Shown: positions 9,067 through 16,776 of the stretch, piece after piece | How positions within the stretch are numbered: the first letter of the stretch is position 1 | How the letters are laid out: every line of letters starts with the position of its first letter | Source of the DNA: Thermoanaerobaculia bacterium | Lineage (GTDB): Bacteria > Acidobacteriota > Thermoanaerobaculia > Multivoradales > Multivoraceae | Assembly: GCA_028285365.1 (NCBI GenBank) | Contig: JANQPS010001277.1 | Span: forward strand, 1 to 43,632 | Direction of reading: 5' to 3' | DNA: 43,632 bases | Notes under the pieces: generated by a model | Database searches by the model: none | What the model was told of the DNA's origin: nothing | What the model saw: the letters and a program-made list of their open reading frames with translations, nothing else | Position numbers and translations under genes: made by a program

Positions 9067-9789
9067 GTGACTAAGGAACAACGCCTCGCCTTCCTCGACA
9101 AGCTCGTGAGGGCCCAGAGCTGGTCGTTGAGCGAGGAAGTCATCCGTTGTGTCGGTGAGGCCGACGCACTCGACTCAGAGCAGAAGGTCGAGTGGATCCT
9201 GGTTCTCGCCCACGACATTGCCGGCATTCGTGGCGAGCCGGTTTCCGTTGCGCAGTTGGAGGCGATGCTGAAGCCACCGGAGCCTCCGGCCAAGACCTAT
9301 CCGGAAGACGTCTCCGACGTCATCGAAGCCATCGAGATGGGTCTCGTTTCCGAACTGCGCCGAGCAATCCAGGCTCCAGGCGCGGATCTCGAAGAGATCA
9401 GCGAGTACCACGACCACATGACGCCGCTACTGCTAGCGCTCTATCAGCGAGATACCGCCATGGTGAAGGTGCTGATCGACGCCGGGGCCAACGTGCACTA
9501 CCGCGGCGGCTATCCCGACGCTCCCATTCATCTGGCCTGTCTTGCCGGACCTAGGATTCTGCAGCTCGTGATCGACGCCGGAGCCGACCTCAACTGCAGG
9601 AGCGGTAGCGGCGAGACTCCGCTGACCCTGCTTGCTGCGAGAGACAAGCACCTCGATGCCGTGAACGTGTTGCTCCGCTCGGGGGCCGAACGACGACTTC
9701 CGAACGGAAAGGGCGAAACGCCACTCGCCATCGCCGAGCGGGAGGGCGCGCACGCGCTCGCGACTGCTCTGACGGCATCGAGACCCTAG
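9067..9789 (+). CDS. Ankyrin-repeat protein (cytoplasmic; N-terminal ~110 aa of unknown fold)
   Basis: 240 aa from GTG 9067, the first start after the in-frame stop at 9040. At least three ANK repeats (MTPLLLALYQRDTAMVKVLIDAGANV; APIHLACLAGPRILQLVIDAGADLN; GETPLTLLAARDKHLDAVNVLLRSGA; GETPLAIAEREGAHALATAL). Start codon uncertain; GTG 9106 is also possible. Confidence 0.8.
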   Translation: MTKEQRLAFLDKLVRAQSWSLSEEVIRCVGEADALDSEQKVEWILVLAHDIAGIRGEPVSVAQLEAMLKPPEPPAKTYPEDVSDVIEAIEMGLVSELRRAIQAPGADLEEISEYHDHMTPLLLALYQRDTAMVKVLIDAGANVHYRGGYPDAPIHLACLAGPRILQLVIDAGADLNCRSGSGETPLTLLAARDKHLDAVNVLLRSGAERRLPNGKGETPLAIAEREGAHALATALTASRP

Positions 9790-9816
9790 GGGCGTTCGGT
9801 CCACTGACCCCTAGGG
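9784..9816 (+). terminator. Perfect 9-bp inverted repeat (CCCTAGGGG / CCCCTAGGG, 15-nt loop) overlapping the ankyrin stop codon; candidate intrinsic terminator without a clear U-tract
   Basis: Arms at 9784-9792 and 9808-9816 read directly; followed by CCTTCAG, so no T-run. Confidence 0.35.
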
Positions 9817-9965
9817 CCTTCAGACGAGCGCTGCTCTCGTAGGCCGTGGCCAACCGTCACGCGACCGCAACCCTGACGCATTGTGGGGCATCTGTTCGTC
9901 TGGGTGCAATTCATCGCGCAAACGGCTCTTTGACTTGCGCTCGATCTGCGTGCTAGGAACGCCTG

Positions 9966-10259
9966 ATGGCGATGGTCCTGACCCCCTCGGCGGTACTCCG
10001 AGCCATGATCGCTGGATGTTTGCTGGCAGCTCTAGGCCTGAGCTCCATCGCTGCGCTGGGTCATACGCACGACGAAGACTCGCCCGAAGACTGTGGGGCC
10101 TGCCACCTCGTATCCACTGTCACGATCGGCTCGCAGCCTGCCTCGGTCGCCCACGATCCCGTTCCAGAAGGCGCGGCACCCTCTTACGAGTGTGCCCAGG
10201 TCCGCGACGAATACGCGTACATCGCCTCGATTCGCGGACCACCGTCTCTCTCGAGCTGA
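9966..10259 (+). CDS. Small secreted/anchored His/Cys-motif protein (DUF2946-like pattern); paralog of 31674-31982
   Basis: 97 aa. Hydrophobic N-terminus (AMIAGCLLAALGLSSIAALG), then GHTHDEDSPEDCGACHLV and C-proximal IRGPP. The same motif order occurs in the 102-aa ORF at 31674-31982. Confidence 0.65.
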   Translation: MAMVLTPSAVLRAMIAGCLLAALGLSSIAALGHTHDEDSPEDCGACHLVSTVTIGSQPASVAHDPVPEGAAPSYECAQVRDEYAYIASIRGPPSLSS

Positions 10260-10283
10260 GGACCCGCCGGGCTCTCGACAACC

Positions 10284-10300
10284 GCCCGCTCGAAGCGGGC
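10284..10300 (+). terminator. Short GC hairpin (GCCCGC-TCGAA-GCGGGC) 25 nt after the small ORF; weak terminator or attenuator candidate
   Basis: 6-bp stem read directly; followed by TTGCGCG (poor U-tract). Confidence 0.25.
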
Positions 10301-10506
10301 TTGCGCGCCATTCTCGACGGCGAGAAGCGAGTCCGTGAATCTGGTCCCAATAGGCAGCCACATCGCCGAGCTTTCTAGGCGCGACGTCACGTCTCGACGG
10401 CGAGTCCGCTACGCTGTCATGAGCTGTACGTGACCCTCGTCGCGCTGGATCGTGCATTGAGAGAACCACTCAAACCCCAGATCCTCAACCAAGAGCCCAC
10501 CTTCCC

Positions 10507-12882
10507 ATGATCTGGATTACCGAAGCGCTGCGCGCAACCCTGGACCTGCTATTCGAGGCCGCACCTTACGTTCTCTTCGGCCTCTTGATCGCCGGTCTGA
10601 TCCACGTACTCCTGCCACAAGCCGTCGTGCTGCGCTGGCTCAGTCGTCCTGGTCTGTCTGGTGTGATTCGAGCTGCGGTGATTGGAGTCCCTCTGCCCAT
10701 CTGCAGCTGTGGCGTCGTGCCCATCGCGCTCGAGCTCCGTCGTAAGGGAGCTTCGTCACCGGCAACGCAGTCGTTTCTCATCACGACGCCCGAATCATCG
10801 GTCGACTCGATCGTGCTCACGTGGGGTCTCATGGGCCCGGTGATGGCCGTCGCTCGACCGGTCGCAGCGTTCTTCACGGCAATCGTCGGCGGCGTGCTGT
10901 CGATCGTCGGCGCGCGTTCGGTAAAAGAGCTGACGGAGCTCGAAACCGGTCGAGGTCTGCTCGAAGCCAAAGGTCACGAACATCATCACCATCATCACCA
11001 TCATCACCATCATCATCACGGTCACCATCACCATCATCATGGCCCCGAACACCATGGTCTCGATGAACCCGACGAGCTCGGAGACTCCCAAAGCCTAGAG
11101 GGTGACTCGTCGCCTGAGCCGTCTGAGCTGGAGCGGCGAGAGTCGCAAACCGACTTGCTAGACGACGGCGAATCCGGCAGCTCTGCCAGCTGGAGCATGA
11201 GCTTCAAGAGGGGCTGGCAACGAGTGATGCTGCCGAGCCTGCGTTTCGGCTTCGGCGAAATGCTCGATGACCTCGCCTTCTGGCTCGTCGTCGGAATCGT
11301 GCTGGCGGGAGGCGTGACGGTCCTGCTGCCGAGTGATCTCCTGGGCCTCGGACTCGGAGGCGGCATTCTCCCGGTGATCCTCGCTCTCATCGTCAGCGTG
11401 CCGATCTACATGTGTGCGTCGGCAAGCACGCCCATCGCCGCTGCGCTCATGGCCAAAGGCCTCAGCCCAGGTGCCGCGCTGGTCTTTCTGCTGGCTGGTC
11501 CGGCAACCAACGTCGCGACGATCCTGCTTCTCAACCAGGCTTTCGGCAGGCGGTTCGTCAAGATCTATCTCGCGAGCGTGGTTGCGGGAGCTCTCGCCTC
11601 CGGTCTCACTCTCGACTTCTTGATCAGCGAGCTGCAGATGGACGCGATCATCCCCGGCTCTTCCGAGCCTGGGCTCATCGCCATCGCTTCAGGTGTCGTG
11701 CTGGCCCTGCTGTTGCTGCGCAGCCTCTACCGCGGCGCGTGGAGTCACGGCATCGCCGAGCTACGCTCGTCCTGGGCCCAACTATCGCCCAAGTCAGCTG
11801 TCGGCAGGAGGAGACCATCTCTGGGGGTCATCCTGGCCCTCGTCGTCGTGCTCGGCTACCTCGGCACGGGCATCAGGGTCGTACCCGAGAATTCCATGGG
11901 TTACGGCTTTACCTTCGGTGCGTTGACCAAAGAGGGTGCGCCTCCAGGACTGCACTATCACCCTCCAGCACCGTTCGGCAGCTGGGATCTGCGACGGGTC
12001 GACTACCCTCGCAAGACGGACATCGGGTTCCGTACCGACCTCCGCGTTCTCGCAACGCGCGAAGGCCTCGATCGCACGACGGCGCGAGACTGGCACAGCC
12101 CGCTCGCAGCCATGAACCCGAAGCCGGAACAGGCAACGTTCGTCACGAGTGACAACAACCTCGTCGAACTGGCTTTCAGCGTCCACTACGGACTCTCCAC
12201 GCCGTTCACCTTCCTGTACGAGCTCAGTCACGAGCACGACATCGTCAACCTCTATGCAGAGTCAGTGGCGAGGGAGCTCATCGTCTCGAAGACTCTCGAC
12301 CAGCTCTTGACCTCCCAGCGCTCTCAGCTCGAGGAGAAGATTGCGGCCGAGCTGCAGGTCCACCTCGATCGCAACGAGATCGGAGTCGAGGTGCGCTCCG
12401 TTCACTTTGTCGACGTCCATCCACCGACCGAAGCCGTCGGGGCGTTTCGCGACGTTTCGAGCGCGCTCGAAGAGCGAGCGACCAGAGTCCACCGGGCACA
12501 TCTGCGCGCTGCCAGATCGGTACCGCTCGCACGGGGCGAAGCCACCAAGCTGCTCGCTCAGGCCGAAGCCGAATCCAACGCGCGCAGCCGCGAGGCAGAC
12601 GCTCGCCTCGAGTCGTTCACTCCCATGTCGAAAGCGTTCGCGATGGCGCCTCAGATTCTCGAGAACCTCCTGTCGACAGAGGCTTCGGAGCGCATGCTCT
12701 CCGGAAGACGCAAGATCGTCATCGACAGTTCCAGGGACTTCGGGTCCATCACCTTCTGGGACCCGCAGCTGGTAGCGCCACCAACGGGATCGAGGCGCGG
12801 AACCTTCCTCGACTCGCAGCTCGACTCAGCTCCACCAGCGCGTCGAGACATCACACCACCACCACCCATAGACCACCACTAA
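10507..12882 (+). CDS. Fusion protein: PF03773/SO_0444-like metal permease with a poly-His cytoplasmic loop, joined to a C-terminal HflK-like TM + SPFH/band-7 module
   Basis: 791 aa. Permease half 1 has the GVPLPICSCGVVPIALELRRKG motif. Loop KGHEHHHHHHHHHHHHHGHHHHHHGPEHHG (nt ~10975-11055) plus an acidic stretch. Permease half 2 (PIYMCASASTPIAAALMAKGLSPGAALVFLLAGPATN). New TM helix LGVILALVVVLGYLG (~nt 11821), then an HflK-like core (GLHYHPPAPFGSWDLRRVD...TSDNNLVELAFSVHY...VEVRSVHFVDVHPPTEAVGAFRDV) and a coiled-coil tail (ARGEATKLLAQAEAESNARSREADARL). Confidence 0.85.
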   Translation: MIWITEALRATLDLLFEAAPYVLFGLLIAGLIHVLLPQAVVLRWLSRPGLSGVIRAAVIGVPLPICSCGVVPIALELRRKGASSPATQSFLITTPESSVDSIVLTWGLMGPVMAVARPVAAFFTAIVGGVLSIVGARSVKELTELETGRGLLEAKGHEHHHHHHHHHHHHHGHHHHHHGPEHHGLDEPDELGDSQSLEGDSSPEPSELERRESQTDLLDDGESGSSASWSMSFKRGWQRVMLPSLRFGFGEMLDDLAFWLVVGIVLAGGVTVLLPSDLLGLGLGGGILPVILALIVSVPIYMCASASTPIAAALMAKGLSPGAALVFLLAGPATNVATILLLNQAFGRRFVKIYLASVVAGALASGLTLDFLISELQMDAIIPGSSEPGLIAIASGVVLALLLLRSLYRGAWSHGIAELRSSWAQLSPKSAVGRRRPSLGVILALVVVLGYLGTGIRVVPENSMGYGFTFGALTKEGAPPGLHYHPPAPFGSWDLRRVDYPRKTDIGFRTDLRVLATREGLDRTTARDWHSPLAAMNPKPEQATFVTSDNNLVELAFSVHYGLSTPFTFLYELSHEHDIVNLYAESVARELIVSKTLDQLLTSQRSQLEEKIAAELQVHLDRNEIGVEVRSVHFVDVHPPTEAVGAFRDVSSALEERATRVHRAHLRAARSVPLARGEATKLLAQAEAESNARSREADARLESFTPMSKAFAMAPQILENLLSTEASERMLSGRRKIVIDSSRDFGSITFWDPQLVAPPTGSRRGTFLDSQLDSAPPARRDITPPPPIDHH

Positions 12883-12916
12883 AAGATCGCAACGACCTCG
12901 CCATGAGAATCTCACC

Positions 12917-13801
12917 ATGAAGTCACTCACTCGTCGTATCGCCTACGGCGTCGCAGTCGCCGTGATCCTCCTGGTCCTACCGACCTGCTTCTTCACCGTC
13001 CAAGAGACGGAGATAGGACTGGTCACCCGGTTCGGGCGCCCGGTGCAGGAGGAAGCCAAGCCGGGTCTACACGTCAAGCTTCCCTGGCCGATCGAAAAGG
13101 TTCTGTCGGTGGACCAACGCCTCCTGGTCTTCGACAACGAGCCGACCGAGATGCTGACGCGAGACAAGCGCAACGTCGTCGTCGACTCGTTTCTGCTCTG
13201 GCGGATCTCGGATCCGCTGAGGTACGTTCAGACGGTCGGACACCGGTTGGAAGCGGAAGCTCGACTGCTGGATCTCGCAACCTCCGAACTTGGCGCCGCA
13301 ATCGGGTCGGTGCCGATGGAGAGTCTCATCAACCCGGATCCCGCCAAGGTCGAGCTGCGCCAGGTCGGGTCGGCGGCGGCGGCAGCCATTCGCACGACGG
13401 CCGTAGAGTCCTACGGCATCGATGTCGTGGATCTGAGGATCAACGGGTTCAACATGCCGCGCCAGAATCGCGCCAGCGTCATTGAACGCATGAGAGCGGA
13501 GCGCGAGCGGATCGCCGCTGGATTTCGCAGCGAAGGCGAAGAGCAAGCACTCGAAATCGAAGCCGAAGCGACCAAGGCGAAAGAAATCCTCCTCGCCGAA
13601 GCACGAGCCCAAGCAGAGATCATCCGAGGGACGGGTGAAGCCGAGGCCCTGCAGACCCTCGCAGAGGCGTATCGGCAGAACCCCGCTTTCTACCGGCTTC
13701 TGCGGTCACTCGAGAGTCTGGAGGAGATCGTCGACGATGACACGACGGTCTTCCTCGACGCCAACTCCGAGCTGTTGGAGGCGCTCCGTGCCCTCAACTG
13801 A
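12917..13801 (+). CDS. HflC-like SPFH/band-7 protein
   Basis: 294 aa. N-terminal TM (VAVAVILLVLPTCFF). FTVQETEIGLVTRFGRPV..PGLHVKLPWPIEKVLSVDQR; DVVDLRINGFNMPRQN; coiled-coil RAERERIAAGFRSEGEEQALEIEAEA. Confidence 0.85.
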   Translation: MKSLTRRIAYGVAVAVILLVLPTCFFTVQETEIGLVTRFGRPVQEEAKPGLHVKLPWPIEKVLSVDQRLLVFDNEPTEMLTRDKRNVVVDSFLLWRISDPLRYVQTVGHRLEAEARLLDLATSELGAAIGSVPMESLINPDPAKVELRQVGSAAAAAIRTTAVESYGIDVVDLRINGFNMPRQNRASVIERMRAERERIAAGFRSEGEEQALEIEAEATKAKEILLAEARAQAEIIRGTGEAEALQTLAEAYRQNPAFYRLLRSLESLEEIVDDDTTVFLDANSELLEALRALN

Positions 13802-14741
13802 GCAGACTCCCCGCTCGGTCGTGGCGATCTGGGCGATCCGTGATCGCCTCGAGGCACAGTGGCGCCTGGCGCTCGTTGTCCTCCTGATCGGGATACTGGC
13901 GCTCTGGGCGACCACCGGTATCTTCGTGATCGAAAGCGGAGAAACCGGAGTGCGGCAGCGATTCGGACGACTGGTCTCGGATGCCGATTCCGCGGGTCTC
14001 AACGCGAAGCTGCCGTCACCGCTCGAGAGAGTGACCGTGCTCGACACCAGCGAGGTGCAGACACTGGCACTCGGAGGCCCCATCGACCGTTTTCTGGATC
14101 TGGTCACCGGCGACGAGAACCTGATCCGAGTGCACGTCACACTCCAGTACCGGATCTCGAGTCCAGCGGACTTTCTGTTCGCGACAGAGGACGTGCCGTC
14201 GGTCATCAGCCAGACGGTGCGCGGCGAGCTGATCGAAGCGGTCGCGGCGTTGCCAGTGGACGAAGTCCTGACCTCGGCCAAAGCCATCGTTCAACAGCAG
14301 GTCCGTCACCGCGCACAGAAGACTCTCACGTCGATCGGATCAGGCGTCAGCCTCATCACCGTGAACCTTCAGGACGTCAGGCCACCACGCGAGGTCGCCG
14401 ACGCGTTTCGCCAGGTCGTCGATGCGCGATCGTTCTCTCAGCGCATCGTGAGCCAGGCCAACAAGCGTCGCGACGAGTCGCTCAGCCTGGCAAGAGCCGA
14501 GTCGAATCGTCTGCTCAGGGTTGCCGAAGCCGGCAGCTCGTCTCGGACTGAAGTGGCTGGCGGCGACGCTCGGCGGTTCCTCGACCTGCTCCAGCAATAC
14601 GAGGCCAGTCCCCGCCAGACACGCGAGGATCTGGTCCTCGATGCGCTCTCACGCAGCCTACCGGGGGCTCGTCTCGTCGTTCTCGCTCCGGGCAACGCAC
14701 CCGTCAACCTCAATCTCGAGGCTGATCCGACAACACCGTAG
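13788..14741 (+). CDS. Second HflK-like SPFH/band-7 protein
   Basis: The ORF is open from 13635, but its first ~50 codons overlap the HflC-like gene and are Arg/Ser-rich. Plausible starts are GTG 13788 (14-nt overlap with the upstream stop) or GTG 13821. TM LALVVLLIGILALWATTGIF. SPFH core IESGETGVRQRFGRLV..GLNAKLPSPLERV..GDENLIRVHVTLQYRI..ITVNLQDVRPPREVADAFRQV. Confidence 0.8.
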   Translation: MPSTEQTPRSVVAIWAIRDRLEAQWRLALVVLLIGILALWATTGIFVIESGETGVRQRFGRLVSDADSAGLNAKLPSPLERVTVLDTSEVQTLALGGPIDRFLDLVTGDENLIRVHVTLQYRISSPADFLFATEDVPSVISQTVRGELIEAVAALPVDEVLTSAKAIVQQQVRHRAQKTLTSIGSGVSLITVNLQDVRPPREVADAFRQVVDARSFSQRIVSQANKRRDESLSLARAESNRLLRVAEAGSSSRTEVAGGDARRFLDLLQQYEASPRQTREDLVLDALSRSLPGARLVVLAPGNAPVNLNLEADPTTP

Positions 14742-14792
14742 CGCCCATCAATAGCGAGCGTACGGTGCCTCACGCCTGTTGCGGAACGAAGC

Positions 14793-15665
14793 TCAGGCGT
14801 CACCCTCGGCGGCTTCGACTTCGATGGTGCGCGTCACGCTGTTGAAAGGCCCTTCGACCACATTGCCGGCAGAGTCGATGAGCTCCAGCTGAATGGTGAC
14901 GGTGCCGGACGGCAAGCCTTCGATGACGTAGGGCTGCCACTTGCTGAAGACGAACTCGTTGCCCTCGATGGTTGCCCGCACGCGGTTGCCGGTCTGCGAG
15001 AGCTCCGTGTTGACGAGAAAGAAGTCGAGCATGATCCGCTCTGCGCCATCACCCGAATAGGAGCCTTTGGGGCGGTTGTAGAAGAGGTGCTGACCCGCCT
15101 TGTCGAAGCTCGAGCTCGCTCCGTCGACGAGCAGCTCCTCGAGGACAAAAACACCTGGCGTCTTGACGCTCTCGTGGTACGAGCGACCCAGGAAAGCCAG
15201 CAGCACGTGGGCACCAGCCTCGAGCTCGGAGGTGGCTTCCGGCGTGTAGTGAGCGCTGTAGGGGCCATTGTCGATGATGAGGTGAATGTGCTGACCGTCA
15301 CCCGAGTTGGCGATGCCTTTGGTCGCCGCGTCGGTCGTCTGCTCACCCATTCCGAATCCACCGACCTCGAACTGCAAGTTGGTGGAGCCGGCAGGGATCG
15401 ACAAATCGGCGGGGCTCGACAGCGCGATCGTCGCTTCGGGAAACTCGGGAGACTCACCGAGCGGAGTGATGGTCAGGCCACCGGCCTCCCAAACTGTCTG
15501 CTCTTCGGCTGGCGCCGGCTCGGACGCTGCAGGCGTATCTGCGGTCTCCGGCTCGCCGGCTGACCCGCCGCAAGCAACGAGAGTGGTGAGGAGCACAAGC
15601 CCCACGAACGTCATCAGTCGGATGGAAACGAGTGTGGTGGTACTGAGCAGACGCTGGGTAGGCAT
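14793..15665 (-). CDS. Secreted lipoprotein of unknown function with a G-x-H-I-H-L-I-I-D motif (DUF4399-like?)
   Basis: Trimmed to ATG 15665 (MPTQRLLSTTTLVSIRLMTFVGLVLLTTLVAC; lipobox LVAC). Low-complexity linker (PETADTPAASEPAPAEE), then two beta-rich halves. GDGQHIHLIIDNGPY resembles the GHHHLxID signature I associate with DUF4399 (from memory, unverified). Confidence 0.6.
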   Translation of the reverse strand: MPTQRLLSTTTLVSIRLMTFVGLVLLTTLVACGGSAGEPETADTPAASEPAPAEEQTVWEAGGLTITPLGESPEFPEATIALSSPADLSIPAGSTNLQFEVGGFGMGEQTTDAATKGIANSGDGQHIHLIIDNGPYSAHYTPEATSELEAGAHVLLAFLGRSYHESVKTPGVFVLEELLVDGASSSFDKAGQHLFYNRPKGSYSGDGAERIMLDFFLVNTELSQTGNRVRATIEGNEFVFSKWQPYVIEGLPSGTVTIQLELIDSAGNVVEGPFNSVTRTIEVEAAEGDA

Positions 15666-15940
15666 GATCGATTCTCCGTGGCGGATTGGGGGTATGGGCG
15701 TCACGGGCATGACGGCAACCGGGGACGAACTCGCCGCTCTCTCGCCGTCGTGATCTCCGTCGTCGCGTGGATGGTCGCTAGTTGGCGCGGGGCAGTCTAT
15801 CGGACCCCCGGAACGCGAGAAACGCTCACGTCGTCAGGGGATGCAAGGTCAGGTCTTGGGGATTCGGGGACCGAGAGTCCCGGACGATCGCGGCGGCGTC
15901 CGGAGCTACACCGAGACCCGTGCCCAATACTGTGCCCAAA

Positions 15941-16005
15941 CTTTTCTGTGTCTAGACTTTTCTGTGCCTAGACATTTCTGTGCCTAGACCTGTTCTGGGC
16001 CTAGA
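15941..16005. repeat. 16-bp tandem repeat x4 (CTTTTCTGTGYCTAGA), containing palindromic GTCTAGAC / GCCTAGAC cores
   Basis: Units 15941-15956 CTTTTCTGTGTCTAGA, 15957-15972 CTTTTCTGTGCCTAGA, 15973-15988 CATTTCTGTGCCTAGA, and degenerate 15989-16005 CCTGTTCTGGGCCTAGA. The last unit contains the stop codon (16001-16003) of the minus-strand His-rich protein gene. Confidence 0.95.
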
Positions 16006-16666
16006 ACTGGAGGGTGCCGGAACTGCCCTTGAGCCTGATCTCATCCTGACGTTCGGCGGACAGGACGATGACGTCGACTTGTTCGATCCCGGTCAGCAAG
16101 CTCGACCAGTTGAAGGTTGCCGTGGTTCCGGAAATCGAGCGACCACACTTGACCGACCACTGCACGTGGACATCGCTGTGACCATGGCCTTCGTCGTGGT
16201 CATGGCCAGACTTCTCACTCTCGTCGTGGTGGCCATGATCGTCGTCATGATCGTCATGGTGATCGTCGCCATGGTCATCGTGATGGTCGTCATGACTCTC
16301 CGTGTCGCGCGCTCCCAGGCTCTCGAAACGGCAATCGAGAGACGAGTCGAAGACCAGGGCATTGCCAAGCCCGGTCTCCAGACGACGCATGCCTTCGGCC
16401 TGCTGCTTGCGCTCCGCTTCGTTTTTCGGCTCGTGCTCGAATCCATAGACCGACTCGCCAGGAACCAGGAGCTCGACCACCAGCTCTTGCTCGGTCTCCA
16501 TCGCGATGTTGAGCTCGGCCTTGCCGTGCTCGTGCGCCGCATGCTGGGCCAACGCTGGCGTCATTGCCGCGAGCCCGAAGAGCAGGCCAGCCAGGATTCC
16601 TCTCGCCACAGACCGGAACTCCGAAGTCAGGCCTCCGTTGCACCTCACGTCTCGAGTCTCTCTCAT
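16001..16666 (-). CDS. His-rich periplasmic metal-binding protein, ZrgA / PA4063-like (DUF2796-type)
   Basis: 221 aa. Signal peptide (ILAGLLFGLAAMTPALAQH). Conserved-looking HAAHEHGKAELNIA start. Central run ESHDDHHDDHGDDHHDDHDDDHGHHDESEKSGHDHDEGHGHSDVH (nt 16166-16300). Sits in a cluster with a MacB-like ABC pair and DUF3299 genes, as in the Zur-regulated zrg/PA4063-66 operons. Confidence 0.7.
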   Translation of the reverse strand: MRETRDVRCNGGLTSEFRSVARGILAGLLFGLAAMTPALAQHAAHEHGKAELNIAMETEQELVVELLVPGESVYGFEHEPKNEAERKQQAEGMRRLETGLGNALVFDSSLDCRFESLGARDTESHDDHHDDHGDDHHDDHDDDHGHHDESEKSGHDHDEGHGHSDVHVQWSVKCGRSISGTTATFNWSSLLTGIEQVDVIVLSAERQDEIRLKGSSGTLQF

Positions 16667-16776
16667 GCTTACACTCCCAAGGTTTCGGTACCAGAATTGT
16701 CCAGCGAGCGCCCAGGAGTGTTGCTGCCAGCTACAGCTGTTCGGGGGTGCGTCGAGCTACGACGCGCGACCCCGGT

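Noticed and set aside
9904-9926. Shared GTGCAA..GCAATTC..GCG..AAAC element upstream of the small His/Cys ORF and upstream of Fur gene #2 (27213-27236)
   Set aside because: The alignment needs two indels. The only exact shared word is a 7-mer, expected a couple of times by chance in this window. Not reported as a motif.
10981-11040. (CAT/CAC)n microsatellite
   Set aside because: It is in frame inside the permease ORF and encodes the H13-G-H6 loop. It is a coding low-complexity tract, not an independent repeat element.
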